Shown: positions 1-13,865 of the stretch, in pieces | Position numbering within the stretch: position 1 is the first letter of the stretch | How the letters are laid out: each line of letters opens with the position of its first letter | DNA from: Balanoglossus misakiensis | Lineage: Eukaryota > Animalia > Hemichordata | Length of the DNA: 64,000 nt | Direction of reading: 5' to 3' | Assembly (NCBI GenBank): GCA_040954595.2 | Contig: CM082594.2 | Location: 208,208-272,207 of the forward strand | Translations under genes and position numbers: made by a program | Notes under the pieces: generated by a model | The model's input: only the letters and a program-made list of their open reading frames with translations | Told to the model about the DNA's origin: nothing | Databases searched by the model: none

Positions 1-596
1 GGTAGATGACTTTTCTGGCTTTATTTTTGCCGGAGTTACAACTACTACCCCAATAACAGGGTCTGAAGTCTTGTGCCATTCTTCCGTATCTCTGTATTTG
101 TGTTTTTCTGATCGTAATTGAATAATAGGGTTTTTTATTGGTTTGAAATAGATTCTGGGAGAGTATTTTATCTTGTAAATGACATTTAAAGACTTAAGTT
201 CAAAAAAATCGTTCAAGAAATAGTCATACTACAAATGTTCAGAATGACCCGAATTTCATGACCTTTTGACCTCTATTGACCTCAATTCAAAACGAATTAC
301 CACCAAAAAATATTATTTTGGTAGAGTTCTAAAAAACACACAATTTGAGTGGTAAATGACTGTTCTGGCTTTAGTTTTGCTGGAGTTACAGCAATTTAAA
401 GTTCCCCTACCCCCAAAATTTGGGTCGGAAATTTTTAGGTTCTTACATTAGTTTTTGAGGGAAAAAATGCAGAAAGCTACTCGATAGGAAGGGCTATCAC
501 CCCAATTTATAATCTAGAGATATAGGCCTTTCCAAAAATCTATGTGAGGCTTTGTCCATCTTTCTGATACCAATTTATGAAAAATCGGGTCCTGGC
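1..596. repeat. Unclassified interspersed repeat fragment abutting the gag remnant; runs off the window start
   Basis: Degenerate internal direct repeat (atgacttttctggctttatttttgccggagttaca at ~6-40 vs atgactgttctggctttagttttgctggagttaca at ~356-390). The gag-like reading frame begins abruptly at ~597. Confidence 0.35.
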
Positions 597-1545
597 CCAT
601 GGACTAAGAGTAGAAAACGCATTTGTCGCATTCAACATTACAGATGACAAGCGACAACGTGCACTGCTATTGCACTGGCCAGGTGAGGAAGTTTCCGACT
701 TCTTTGATACTCTACCAGATACAGGAACGAGCTGTGAAACAGCCAAATTAAAGCTTGCGTCGTACTTCTCACCCAAACGGAACATTGAATACGAACGATT
801 CATCTTCAGAGACACCATACAAAACAACGGCGAATCGATTGATGCCTATCACACTTGTTTGCAACGCCTAGCAGAAACATATGTGACTTCACCAATAAGG
901 ATCAAGAGGTCAAATCACAAATCATACGAGGATTCACATCAGCCCGTCTCAGACGTCGTGCTCTTTGGGAGGAGACGACACTAGAGAAGCTACTGAGTAC
1001 AGCCCGTTCATTTGAGGTATCAGAGGTTCAGGCTAGTGGGATTGAGGAGAAACCCCATAATAATGGTGCAGACACGGCATCTGTGAATGCGGTCAGAAAA
1101 CAGCGCCATCAACGCCCGAAACCCAATAAACAAAAGAGAGCTCATCAGCAGCCAGCGAAAGGACCGTCCACTTGTTATGATTGTGGTGGCACCTATCCAC
1201 ATGACTCAGTATGTCCAGCTAAAGGCAAGTCATGCAGGAAGTGTGGCAAACCTAACCATTTTGCCAAATGCTACCGATCAAAAGGCAAGGCAAATAGGGT
1301 AGACAAGGATGAAACTGTCAAAGCTGTGCATAAAGTGGAAGACAGCTCGGGAGATGAATACTGCTTCACTGTACAACAATCAAATGGTAGGAGGCCTCGA
1401 GTAACAGTGCAGATAGAACAAACAGCAGTTGCCTCACTGATCGACCCTGGTTCTACAATAAACATGATGAGTGTAAACACATACAACAACCTAAAGAACA
1501 AACCCATGTGGCAAACAGAAAGCCCGTTTTACCACTGCCAGCAGT
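597..1545 (+). pseudogene. Decayed Ty3/Gypsy (Mag-like) gag-protease remnant, copy A
   Basis: ORFs 577-984 and 855-1580 overlap through a frameshift. They give a gag core (ENAFVAFNITDDKRQRALLLH...YERFIFR), two zinc knuckles (CYDCGGTYPH...C and CRKCGKPNHFAKC) and a protease-like LIDPGS, then truncate. Confidence 0.85.
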
Positions 1546-1558
1546 GCATTATTGAGTA

Positions 1559-1872
1559 TTATATTATACCAGTATATTGATGGTGTAAATCACGCTATTT
1601 GATTGGTCGAGACACGACACGTGACCGTGATATATTAGCCATATACCACAGTCATATATCATAGTTAAAGAAAATGCCTTTTTAAAATGTTTTATGCAAA
1701 GTTTCAATATACTGGCATAATATAATAGCAATAAAACACCCCCAGCCATGGTATACCACTCGATTTTGACCAGTTCAACTCCATATACGCACTCGCTATC
1801 GCTCGTGCGTATATGTCGTGAACTGGTCAAAATCTCGTGATATACCATGGCTGGGGGTGTTTTATTGCTTAA
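1559..1872. mobile_element. Non-autonomous element with a long terminal hairpin (1727-1869) and no clear TSD; copy A only
   Basis: Copy B reads gagta|ttttagca at ~24348-24360 without it. Arms agcaataaaacacccccagccatggtata... and ...tataccatggctgggggtgttttattgct are inverted repeats. Confidence 0.8.
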
Positions 1873-2884
1873 TTTTAGCATCGCTGGATTTAGCTCTCGT
1901 CCAATCAGAATTGCGGACGGTAGCATGATATAATATAATTGAGAATAAATCTCACGACAAGTGTACAGTTTGACAATGTACACAGATAATCCGTTTCAAC
2001 AATGTTTCCTTTGTAGTGTGAATAAAACTGCACACTTTGCAAGTTTTCAACTTCAAAACACTATGGCTATTGCAGAGACAAAGCTGCTAATATACAGTGT
2101 ATACCCGTCATTTTTGTTTGTGGTGAGATTTTCATTGGCACAGTTGCACAGAGCTCACACAAGAGGAAATTACACTTTCTGTTGAATTCACTGCATCCTG
2201 CTAACTTTAAGTCATATATCCAGTGAAACATTAAGTTATAGAATTTTCCATCGCAGTATTCTGTTTTATATACATGTATAGCAGTCCCACACATATTGAT
2301 TAATTTGACAAAAGAAACTGACTGACAATTTTCACAGCGCTCCCAGTATAGCATCCTTGGCAGGTGCACGTCAATGCCACACACGAGGTTAGGGTTGGCA
2401 AGTGCTGCCATTTTGACATGGGTTGTTAGCACTGATCAATTCCTACGCATGACAGAAAAATGAAGAATTAGGCTATGGGCCGGACCTGCCTATCGTTTCA
2501 AAATGCACTCTGTATATTAGGGTCTATTTCTTTTACATAAAAAACAAGTCTTCTAGCTCTAATATGATAAAAGAAAAACTTCAACTTAAATATTGCGTCC
2601 TCAGAGGTAATATCGAGCCCTAAAAATCAGGTATGCTAATGCGGTTAAAGGTTGTGCAGTTCTCCTTATAACAAGCGTTCGATTGGTGGGTACGTGACTG
2701 CACCAATCACAGAATGCGTTATGTCACTCAGAATTTTTGGTAAGGAAAGTTTGAGCAGACTAGTCCATTCAATGTAAAAAATGGTGCTGATTCCAAAAAA
2801 GTCAGCCATTTTTGCCACTTTTAACCCAAAATTTAAAAAAACACTCAAAACACACTGTTTTCATCACATTCGGAGATCTGATGA

Positions 2885-3872
2885 CATTTGAGGATTATGC
2901 GGAAACAGTGACACACCAGAATAAAAATTACAGGTGACATTTGCAAGCACATGATCTGACCATATAGAAATATGGAATGTAAAAACATTAACAAGGAACA
3001 TGCCCAATAAACTGTCATGTGTCTTGGCAGTCTTACAAGTGGTGCTAGAAAAAAAAAATTGACCAAAAATTGTCTGTACAAACACATATGGGAAGCAACT
3101 TCTTTCAGTCAGCCCTGGAACAGACACACACTGACCTGCCACTGGTAATTAAAATTTGATAGCTGGTGGTCTCTGTAACAGCTAGCCTATTTAAGTTATG
3201 TAAACATGTCTTTGTTCGAGGTAACAACTCCTTGTAAATAGTAACTTTAAAAACAACTGGACAATTTGTTTAGGAGAAGATTTGCTAACCAAAAACAAAG
3301 AAACTTACCAAAAAAACTCGCTAAATATTTAATCTTTCTGATCTCAGAATTGAATAAAAGTTGCACATATACAGGTATGTGTTATGAAATTATATCCTAA
3401 ATTTCAAAGCAATCAGAGAAAAAACTAATTTCAAAGCAATCCAACAAGCAGTTTCACAGAAAATATTTGTTCAAAAGTGGCAAAAACACAAATATGCAAA
3501 TATCACCAAAATTGTACAATATCTTACTTCAATCACTACAAGGAACATGCTGCCTAAGTTCAATGCAATAGGACAAGCGGTTTCAGAGAAAACAATTTTT
3601 GACAAAAATTGCAAAAGCTTCCCCGATAACACATTTATGCAAAGATCACATTTTTTACAACATATTATTTAGGTTACCCCTACGAACATGCCTACCAAAT
3701 TGCAAAGCAATCTGGCATGAGGTTTTAAAGAAAAACATTTTTTGACCAAAAATGGCAAATATTGCTCAAAATTATAGATATGCAAATTTTGCAACAATTT
3801 GAACAAAACTATGGTTACTTAGACAACATTAGGAGGCTTCATACTAAATTTCAAAGACTTTTACCAATAACA
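2885..3872 (-). mobile_element. Truncated copy of a DINE-1/HINE-like non-autonomous repeat, copy A
   Basis: Homologous to 25467-26458 and, inverted, to ~58720-59633. The 5' end was lost in a deletion at 3872. Confidence 0.6.
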
Positions 3873-4794
3873 AAAATAGTGATAACATTAAGCTAGCCCA
3901 AAGTTTGAGTTACCAGGGCTTTAATATGTGTACCGTACTTATATTATATAATACATAACAAGTGTTTTGCATTGAATAATATAATATTGGTTTGTACTTA
4001 CGCATTGTACATGTGGCACCAGTGAAGCATTCGGTACACATACAGTCAAACAGGAAACAGCCGTCTCGCGCAACGCAAATGCCACCATTTTGACAAGGCA
4101 TAGAGTATAACTGATCAATGGCTGCCAAAACAAAAATGAAAGTATCAATTACCTGCTTGTCAAAAACTTGTACATGTACTTGTGATGTTCATTTCGTTTA
4201 AATATGTGAGCAATGTCTTCATTCCTTGTTTCAAACCTGTACATTTAAAATAACATAATGATGCTATTGCTAGGATTTTTCTGTAAGAATCTTGAAAAAT
4301 TAAAAAATGTGCCATCAACATGATACAGAAGGCTTTCCTTTTTAACGTGCACCTCACACTCAATTTTGACCCTACATCAGCAAATTTTGAAAGGATGAAA
4401 CTTAGTAATGCTTCCACCCCATTTATTGGTGTATGGGTCCATCTATCACATTGAGAATACCAAAAATGAGGGTTTATATACCACGCTGTGTCATAAAACA
4501 GTAATTCGACACACCTACGGCACAGATGGCCCCAGTCCAACACTACTGGCAGTAACAGGTGTAGTCAGTATAAGAATTTGGTGTTTGGGAACAATAGCCT
4601 CCATTTTGACACGGATTCTGATCACATGGGTTAATGACTATCAGAAAAAAAATAGTTTAAAAAACATGAAATGCAGATGGCTACACCTCAACCAAAGATG
4701 ATTCCTGCACCACAACAAAATCCTTTGACACAAGCATTATACTGGAACCATACCCAGAACACGCATGAAGGGACAATGTCTCTATTTTGGGTAA

Positions 4795-4940
4795 TACAGT
4801 AAAACCTGTCTTTATGGACACCTCTCTAATCAGAACACCTAGTATGATTGATTTTTCAAGCCAAATAGTAAGGATAATTAAGGACGTCTCTTTTACTTAA
4901 TACTCAGATGTGTGCACCACCTTAGGAGAGATTACCTCAT
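4795..4940 (+). mobile_element. Possible decayed Tc1/mariner-type MITE remnant (also ~29149-29293)
   Basis: Starts TA-CAGTAAAACCTG with ggacacc-like subterminal motifs. The right end is not recognisable. Confidence 0.35.
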
Positions 4941-6550
4941 ATGCACAATTATCTCTACAGACACTAGTCTTCAAGAGGCAACTCTTGTATATTTGAGTGA
5001 TGAAAACATCCAGCTTCGTACACTTCCTCACAAGTTCGTGCCTATCCTAAATTGCACGGACATACAAATGAAATTTCTGTTTTCTTTTCCTTTCTTTTCT
5101 CTTGTGGAAATTTTAGAAATGAGAAGTTACCACACAATTCAATTGCCATGAAGAGAAAGTGCCCAAAAGATTGTCATTTACGGTACGTCAGAAACTTACA
5201 TATTTCACAACAGTTACCCTCATAGCAACCAGTACAGGCACAGGTATATGCCGTGCAGGAGTTGGCCACTGCATTACATACAGCCCCGTTGAGACAGCTG
5301 TTTCGCTGGCATGGATCTTGGACTGCAATAAAAAGTGCAACCTAATGTTATCTCAGCAATATTTACTTTCAAAATCTGTTTGATAAAAACATCATCATTA
5401 CCATTACTGTAAATACTGAACGGAACTTCACTTCTAAAAACAACTTGCTCATTCTGGGACGCACTTGTGGGGCTATGAAAATCTCTGTATATGTATCTTG
5501 TGTAGGGAAAATTTTCATGAACGATCAACATTTTTTTCTTCAAATAAACATGTTTTCTTTCAGCTGTACATCATTTTTGAGGTGACCGATTCCCAAGGCC
5601 CAAGGTGTGATGCTGAAGATGAAAATATAAAGTATGACCAACAGACAATGTATTGAGACATGATTGTAAATGTTAGTTCCTGCATGACAAATGTTTGTTT
5701 TAATGAGTTTTACACTGGCTGCAGTGTGTGCCGATGAAACATCCTGCACAAGTACACTCATAAGTTGTACACGACAGCTGAGTACACTGCCCATTGTTCA
5801 GGCATGGACTTGGCCTACATGGAGTTTGTTCTGTTTCAATGGCATTAAAAAAAAATAGCAGTGACATAAGTTTTTAGGGTATGACCATTTCCCTAATTCC
5901 TACAGCTGTGGTTCTATCGGGTTCTCCTATAACTGAGCCTCCTAAATGTATAACTGAACAATAAGAATTACTTATTATACTTTTGGGAGTTTAGGACTTT
6001 GGTAATTGAAAAAAGACTCAATTCCTGAAAGTGCCTATTTGGTTTGTCACATCCTAAATATACAGGTAATTTCATAGCTGCCAGCTATGACAAATATACC
6101 GGTATGATGGGGGATAAACAGATCCTCGTCTGATAAATTTACCTTGGTCACAGGTGATTCCAATGAAACAGCCTTGACAGCGACAGGTAAACGAACTGCA
6201 CGATCTACTGATTGGCTCACAGATACCGTTGTTCATGCACAGATTGGGAGAACATTGACCGAGTCCTGGAGATGCATGTAAATCAACCAACAATTGCATA
6301 TTAACATCACAAGTCATTTCACTATTTTTTCATTCAAAACTAAAAAGATTGCTTGTAACTTGCTGAAGAAATATTCATATGGACAGACCATTCTAGCTTG
6401 GAACAGGCAATGTCAAGGGTGCCCTGACGCCCAACTTTTAAGAGCAGTTCATTTACTGAAACTGCCAGCACCCAATATTATCACACATGTAATCCATATG
6501 TGGAAATCAAATACACCTGTAACAGTTTTAATTTACCATGTGGGTATTTG

Positions 6551-7084
6551 CATAGCGCACACATGAAAATCCACCCAGTTTGTTTACAAATTGTTTTCGT
6601 GAAATCTGTTTTATTGTTAACGCACTGCGAAATAAAATGCCCCTAAACCACAATTTTTGTTTCAATGCTTCACGCAAACATAAAATTATTACGAAAAGTG
6701 TCAGCGTTACCAAGAAATATGAGTGCCCAGTCGGACATGCAAAAAACATGGATGATTTGTTTACAATTTTTAAATGAAGCTTGTGGCACTAGAAATGACC
6801 GTTCAACCGACAGACGAACACCAAACCATAATAATTAGCACAGACATCGTAATACTTTTAGAATTTTAGAAAAAAACGCAGTGGCTGCTGAAATGCAGGA
6901 GTGCCAGTTTGGTGGCAAGTTTTCACATCACTGGTGGGGTCGACATGTGCCGAAGTAAGGAAGTCATTGTCCAACTGTCCTGGGTGTTAATTATATGCAA
7001 AAGAACATCATCATACAGATAATCCCCAACCAAACCCTTTGATCTTTGCCGCAGTTGCTCGTCCTTCTTTCTCTAGGGTCTATG
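6551..7084. mobile_element. Deleted remnant of the non-autonomous P-like element, copy A (right TIR only)
   Basis: Ends in cgtccttctttctctagggtctatg followed by gtttgac, as at 32296-32327. The left TIR and most of the body are deleted relative to copy B. Confidence 0.8.
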
Positions 7085-8099
7085 GTTTGACAGATGTCAC
7101 CTGTGTAAGAGTTCACACACTGGCATGAATAGAAATTGCACGATGTTTGCTGGCAAAATCCACCATTCATACATGGGTTGGGATCACAGGGGTTTTGCAC
7201 TGGAAATTAAGAAAGGACGCCATTTTATTCCTTGCTACTCATTCTACAAACTTGGCAAAAACCTTGCAGAATTATGGCAAGGGTGTGTGGAGTGATTGTG
7301 CCTACAACTTATATTAGGCTGGTATCAAGTTGTTCACACCTCCATAGATCATGTGGCAGTGACTGTAAGGCAAAGGCTTCCCTTCATGAAATCAAAGACC
7401 TGTGTACTGGAGGAGGGTTCCTTGCAAATGCTTGACTTGACTTCAGGCATACCTGTAGACTCATATGCAAATTTACACTATCTGGCCTGGAGTGAGAATT
7501 TCCATAGTGGATGTGTGTTGACAAAAGGCAGTAAAATTGGCCAGTCGCGCATAATGTTTCTTGAACTAAGACAATCAAGACATTATGCGCTACGAAAGTG
7601 ATTTTGATTGGGAAGAGTGTAATCTTGCATTCGATGTCAAGAACGCTCCAAGCTCTGCTGTGGTGATGGCTACACCTATGCTCAGGAAACATGCAGTATT
7701 TGAATGCATCAGAGACAAAAGGTAAAAGAGACTGCGCTGTATACTTACATATCTCACACCTATCACCTTTGTAGCAACCAGTACATATGCAGGTGAGATC
7801 AAAGCAGGAATTTCGAGCCGGTTGACAGAAGCCACCATTCTGGCACGGATTTGGTGGACACTGGTTGAGTCCTACAAGGAAAAGGGTCAAATTTTCCATG
7901 ATCATCAATGTCATGTGATTATGAATGTATGTAAGTGGCTGAAAAAAATTCCCAGGGGTGAGTTTCCTACAAAAATTGTGATGTGACAAACCGACAAATT
8001 AGCATATTAGCATAATCAGAATAAAAAAAAAATGCACAGGTAGTTTAAAAGAACAAACACTTTGGAAACGGAATAGATCTAAGCTGCTGTCCCTTTCTA

Positions 8100-8560
8100 A
8101 TTGTTACTCGTTCAAAAATCACCTGTCACATCACTCCAATTTAGTATCAGCTGCACTGGCTACCTGTTACAGAGCGTATTGTTTTTAAGATGTTAGTTCT
8201 CATTTTTAAATCCATTCATAAACTTGGTCCAATCTATCTTTCTAGCATGACTAATCTATATGTTCCGTGTCGCAATTTAAGGTCAGCTGATCAGTACAAA
8301 CTCTGCCCTGTTCGATCACGCACCAAGAGTTATGGTGCTCGTGCTTTTACTGTTGCTGCTCCAATTCTTTGGAATAATCTTCCACTCACCATTCGCCAGG
8401 CACCAGACTTATCTGTTTTTAAATCAAATGTTAATACTTTACTTTTTAAATCTGTTTTTTAGCCATTTGTTGTATTGTACTTTTGCTTTAAGCGTCATTG
8501 ATCACATTTTTTGTGGATACTGACGCTATACAAATAAATTATTATTATTATTATTATTAT
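8100..8560 (+). mobile_element. 5'-truncated LINE (L2/CR1-group) 3' fragment, copy A
   Basis: LHWLPV...RIVFK...LRS...YGARAFTVAAPILWNNLP...FKS is the C-terminus of ORF2. It is followed by a short 3' UTR, aataaa and a (TTA)n tail. Confidence 0.85.
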
Positions 8561-9400
8561 TTCTATTTTTGTGTTTGTACAACATCAGTGAAGTTTAAAT
8601 CATAATAAAAAACTGATAATTATCATTATTAACTGCTATAGATTCAAACTTACTTGTCTCACACCTGGTTCCCTAGTAACACTCTGTGCACATGCCAATG
8701 GTGGCAGTACAAGAATTTGCCTGTTGTTGGCAGGTACCTCCATTGAGACAAGGACTAGTGAAGCATGGATTAGGAACTGGAAGACAGGAATTCAAAATTT
8801 TATACAACACTTACCTATGGTAACACCAGTACACGTTCATTATTTCTCTGTTATGTTTTTATACTGGTGATTTTACTGTTTTTATTACCGATCATACTGA
8901 CTGACTTAAAGATGATGATGATGATGATTATAATGACTACACCTGCTATTATTACTACAATGTACCTCAGCACTTAGATTTTTTAATAAATGACAAAGTA
9001 CTGTACTCACGTGTTTCACATGTGAAGCCCAGGTAGCAGCCAGCACATTGACATGTGACGCCTGTACAAGATCCCTGGATTGCTTGGCAAGTACCAGCAT
9101 TCCGGCATGGGTTAAGGTTTGTGTTCGCACGGATTCATTGCTGCAAATGTACACAATATTTACAAAATAAAACAGTATACAACTGTAAGTATTTATAATC
9201 ATCAATTGTGAATATCACACCAATCAAGGCCTTTCAATGCACCCTGATTGCTGAGAGCTGAAATACGTGAACCAACGTGTATTTGTTTTCACTCTTATAT
9301 CACATGACATTCTGCATCTCTTTTCCAAAGTTGTAGTCTGCACCCAACATTGTATTCCGGGGTAGCACTACACGGAACCCCGAAACTTTTTTGTCATCAT

Positions 9401-9603
9401 TGTAGTATTCTGATAACTACGATCAATATAGCGCCCTCTAGTGTTGCATTGTTGGTGTTCCACTTGTTTATGAATTGCTGTACGACGTCACTTCCGCCCA
9501 GATTAGGCGAAGCACATTGTTGAGTCTTTTCAGCCGATCAATAAATAGGTTGTTGTTATACCTAAGATCGCATTATTATTCCCATGTTGATGGAAACATA
9601 ACA
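9401..9603 (+). repeat. 5' LTR (203 bp)
   Basis: Identical by eye to 14086-14289 except for one A (cctaagatc vs cctaaagatc). Contains aataaa. Confidence 0.97.
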
Positions 9604-9617
9604 TGGTGGCAGCGGTG
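9604..9617 (+). promoter_or_regulatory. Primer-binding site complementary to the 3' end of tRNA-Leu
   Basis: TGGTGGCAGCGGTG directly follows the LTR. It is the reverse complement of CACCGCTGCCA-CCA, the 3' end of animal tRNA-Leu (AAG/UAG type) as recalled. Confidence 0.8.
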
Positions 9618-9713
9618 AACGTGAGTGATCAGATGTAAGCAGACTTTACACAGTATCGACTACACAAGACACCAAAACTACAGAAGAAAAGACCATCGAA
9701 CTGACCTGACAAG

Positions 9714-12700
9714 ATGGCGGCCGCACTACAAACGCCCTTCACAGCCCCAAAGATGGAATGGGACGCGCCAGATCTAGCAATAGCCTTCAGTCGTTTTCGT
9801 CAAAAATGTGAGTTAACATTTAAGACAGCACTTAAAGATGCTAACGATGAAGAGAAAGCTAGCTACATACTTCTATGGTCCGGTGAACCAGGTCTTGACA
9901 AATACAACAGTTGGTCGTTTGAAAATGAAGACCAGCGGAAAGATCCCACAGTACTATTCGACAAATTTTCCGAACACTTAGAGCCGAAGTCGAATCATCG
10001 CATACATAGATACCAATTCCAAGATATGAGACAAGACACTGGAGAACCAGTTGATGATTTCTTTTCGAAATTGAAAAATGAAGCCGCCAAATGCAAATTT
10101 GGAGATACAAAAGAACAGGAAGCGAGACTCGTAGATCAGTTGATATGGGGGATCTGTCACCAAGAAGTACAGAAGAAACTTATTGGGCGTGATGAGAACC
10201 TGACCTTGAAGGAGGCACTTGATATAGCTAGAGGTCAAGAAGCCACAACAAAACACATGAAAACGCTCACAGATTGCCAAATTGCTAGTCCCGTGGATAG
10301 CAAAGCTGTCAACGCAGTAAAAAGGCAACCCAACAAAACACACCCCAAACAATGTACGCATTGTGGAAAAAAGCATGACACCTCAGTGAAAAGTAACTGC
10401 CCAGCATATGGCTCGAAATGCCGAATTTGTGGGAAACCTAATCACTGGCAGGCGTTATGCCGTTCCAAAACCAGCTCAAGCGAACCGAAGTCACAGCAGA
10501 GACGAGGTGGAAAACCAATCCATAATGTGACACGCTCGAACAGCAACATGCATCAAATAGATGATGAAGTCCTAGATGTTGGAACTATCAAAATAAATGC
10601 ATTGGACAACATCAACAGACAAGAAGAAATATACACGAAACTGGCAATCACACAGAGCGAAAAGAAAAGGAAAGTAGCACTGAAATGCAAGATTGATACC
10701 GGTGCACAGAGCAATATACTGCCCCTCCGCCATTTCAAGATCATATTTCCAGAGAAACTGGATAAACACGGAAATCCAAAACGCGGGCACTTGAAGGAAA
10801 ATAAAACAATCCTTACCGCATATGGAGGTTCCAGAATCAAACAGCTTGGCACCATCGTCATTCCATGTGAACATAGAGAGAGGAAAATCAGATGCCTCTT
10901 CTATGTAACTGACGCCGCAGGCCCAGCCATTTTAGGGTTAAAGGCAAGCAGAGCCTTAAACCTGATACAAATAAACTGTTCAGTAGAAGCCATACAAGTG
11001 CAGGCGAGCCCAGAGTGCAAGACAGCACAGCCTGGAAGAAATGTTGAAGTGGAAAAAAGAAAGATGAACGAACAGAAGCCAGCAGGAAGAAACAGAAACC
11101 CTACAGATGACTACATAGACAGTAATACACCCATCAGGGACCGCCCTCCCATAAAGAGCAAAGAACAGTTGCTGAGGATGTACCCTGATTGCTTTGACGA
11201 CGTGGTCGGATGTTTTGAAAACTACACATACCACATCACTCTTGATCCAGAAGTACAACCAGTAGTACACCCTGCCCGCAGAGTTCCATTAGAACTAATG
11301 GATAGACTCAAAACCGAGCTACAGGAGATGGAAGATAAGCAAATCATCGCCAAAGTGAACCAGCCTACGAACTGGGTCAATTCTCTTGTTGTCCGGGAGA
11401 AAGACAATGGAAGACTTCGCATTTGTCTGGACCCGAAGGACTTGAACAAAGCCATTAAAAGGGATCATTACCCTACACCCACATTGGAGGAGATTACCCC
11501 AAAGTTGGCAGGCGCAACACTTTTCAGCAAGCTAGACGCGCGGAACGGATACTGGAATGTAAAGATCGATGAAGAATTATCCTTCCTGACGACCTTTAAC
11601 ACACCATATGGCCGTTACAGATTCCTACGAATGCCATTTGGGCTAAGGATGAGCCAAGATGTGTTTCAATTCAAAATTGATGAAACATACAGAGAGTGTG
11701 AAGGTGCAGTCGGCATTGCAGACGATATACAAGTCTTCGGATCAGGGGAGCGACACCATGACCTGCATCTACACGAAGCCATGGAACGAACCAGGAAAGC
11801 AGGCATTAAACTGAACAAAGAGAAATGCTACATCAAGACAAAAGAATGTAGTTTCTTTGGCATGTTATACACAGAAGACGGAGTTAAACCCAACCCAGAA
11901 AAGGTCAAGGCGATAGAGATGATGCATCCGCCTAGAGACAAAACCGAACTGCGCACATTCCTCGGAATGTTGAGCTACATGGGTTCATTCATACCCAGAT
12001 TAGCTGAACACACAGCACCACTGAGAGAGCTCATCAGAGACGACACTGAGTTTGAGTGGTCTCCGACACACACAAAGTCTTTCAATATGATCAAGGACCT
12101 GATCAGCACAAAGACTACACTTGCTTACTACGACCGTAAGAAGCCTGTCACTCTACAAGTCGACGCATCGGAAAAGGGAATCGGAGCGGTGCTCATACAG
12201 GAACAGAGACCTATAGCATTTGCGTCCAAGGCCCTGAAACCAGCGGAAACCCGATACGCCAATATAGAAAGAGAACTACTCGCGGTAGTCTACGGATGCG
12301 AGAAGTTTCGCACATATCTCTACGGCAGAAGTTTCATAGTAGAGAGTGATCATCGACCGTTGGAGCAAATTCAGAGGAAGAATTTGACCAAGGCACCACC
12401 CTGATTACAGAGAATGCTGTTGCGCATACAGCCGTATGATTTCACCATACACTACAAGCCAGGCAAACAGATGATACTCGCCGACGCACTATCTAGACTG
12501 TCACCGCAAGATCAGAACGAAATCAGTGACATGAAAGTCCAGATACACCACCTGGTGAAGATCACACCAATGAGACAGATGGAGATCAAAGAAGAAACTA
12601 CCAAAGATGAAATTCTTCAATTATTGATCCAGCAAGTCCTGAAAGGATGGCCAGATAGCATCAAGGACATTCACGCTGATATTCGACCCTATTGGTCTAT

Positions 12701-13865
12701 TCGAGACGATATCGCTATCGAAGATGGTATTGTCCTGATAGGCAGCCGACTCCTCATACCAGCAGTAATGAGAGATGAAATGCTACAACGCATTCATAGC
12801 AGTCACCTGGGGATCGAGAAATGCAAGCTGAGAGCCAGATCCAGCGTGTACTGGCCAGGAATTTATAAAGATATAGAGAGACTAGTAACAGGATGCAACG
12901 CGTGCCAGAAATTCCAGAATTCCCAGCAGAAGGAACCGATGATTCCAATGGAAATTCCACCACGACCGTGGCACACAATTGGAGCAGACCTATTCTACGT
13001 GAACCAAACATGGTACATGATAGTTGCTGACTACTACTCCAAGTTCCCCTTTATTAGGAAACTTGAAGACCTCAGAGCCAGTACCATTATGAGAGCCCTC
13101 CGAGTTCTATTTGCAGAGCAAGGAATACCCGAGAAACTAGTTTGTGACAACGGATCTCAGTTTACAGCTAGAGACTTCCACAGCCTAACTGAGAAATATG
13201 GTTTTGCGATAGTCACATCATCACCATACTATCCCAAAGGGCACGGTTTTATCGAGCGACATGTACAGACCGTGAAGAACATCCTGATGAAGTGCAAAGA
13301 GTCCGGAGATGATCCGAATCTAGCATTGTTGGCACTTCGCGCGACTCCATTGAAGTCCAACATACCATCACCAGCTGAGTTGCTGAACAGCAGAGCATGC
13401 AAGACAACTCTCCCAGCCAAAATTCACCCAGCAAGAAACGGGGAGGAAGTTCGTCAATACCTGACATCTCAACAGCAGGCCCAGACTTCCAGCCACGACC
13501 AGCACTCCAGACAACTACCAGAATTGCTGACAGGTCAACAAGTCCATATACAAAACCCAATCAGCAAAACATGGAGTCCAGCGAGAGTTGTAGCCCCAGC
13601 AAACACACCTAGGTCCTACACCGTGAAGTTAGACAACGGGAAACAAATGCGACGCAACAGGATCCACCTGAAACCAGTCAGCGCAGAACTGAAACCAGCA
13701 CAGACAGGGATGGATCAACACAATATTGCACCAGCAGTCACAGAGGGAACACCGCCTCAACAACCCGCAACGCCAGCGTCACCAGCCCAAGAATCGTTGA
13801 GATCAACACGAACCAGAACAAACATACAAAAGCCGTCTCGATACAAAGACTATGTGACTGATTGA
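9714..13865 (+). CDS. Gag-Pol polyprotein (gag, CCHC x2, protease, RT, RNase H, integrase) interrupted by one TGA at 12402-12404
   Basis: Motifs IDTGA (protease), LDARNGYW / MPFGL / IADDI (RT), VDAS and ERELLA (RNase H), H-H-C-C plus D,D(35)E (integrase). ORFs 9714-12404 and 12414-13865 are in the same frame: KAPP*LQRMLLR. Confidence 0.95.

Noticed and set aside
7384-7989. 201-aa ORF (and its duplicate 41946-42551) as a single-exon gene
   Set aside because: Only the 123-bp EGF exon within it is protein-like. The rest is intron read-through bounded by clear splice sites.
12402-12404. TGA as selenocysteine or as a gag/pol-type recoding site
   Set aside because: It aligns with a conserved Arg (CGA) deep in pol, not at the gag-pol boundary, and no supporting structure was seen.
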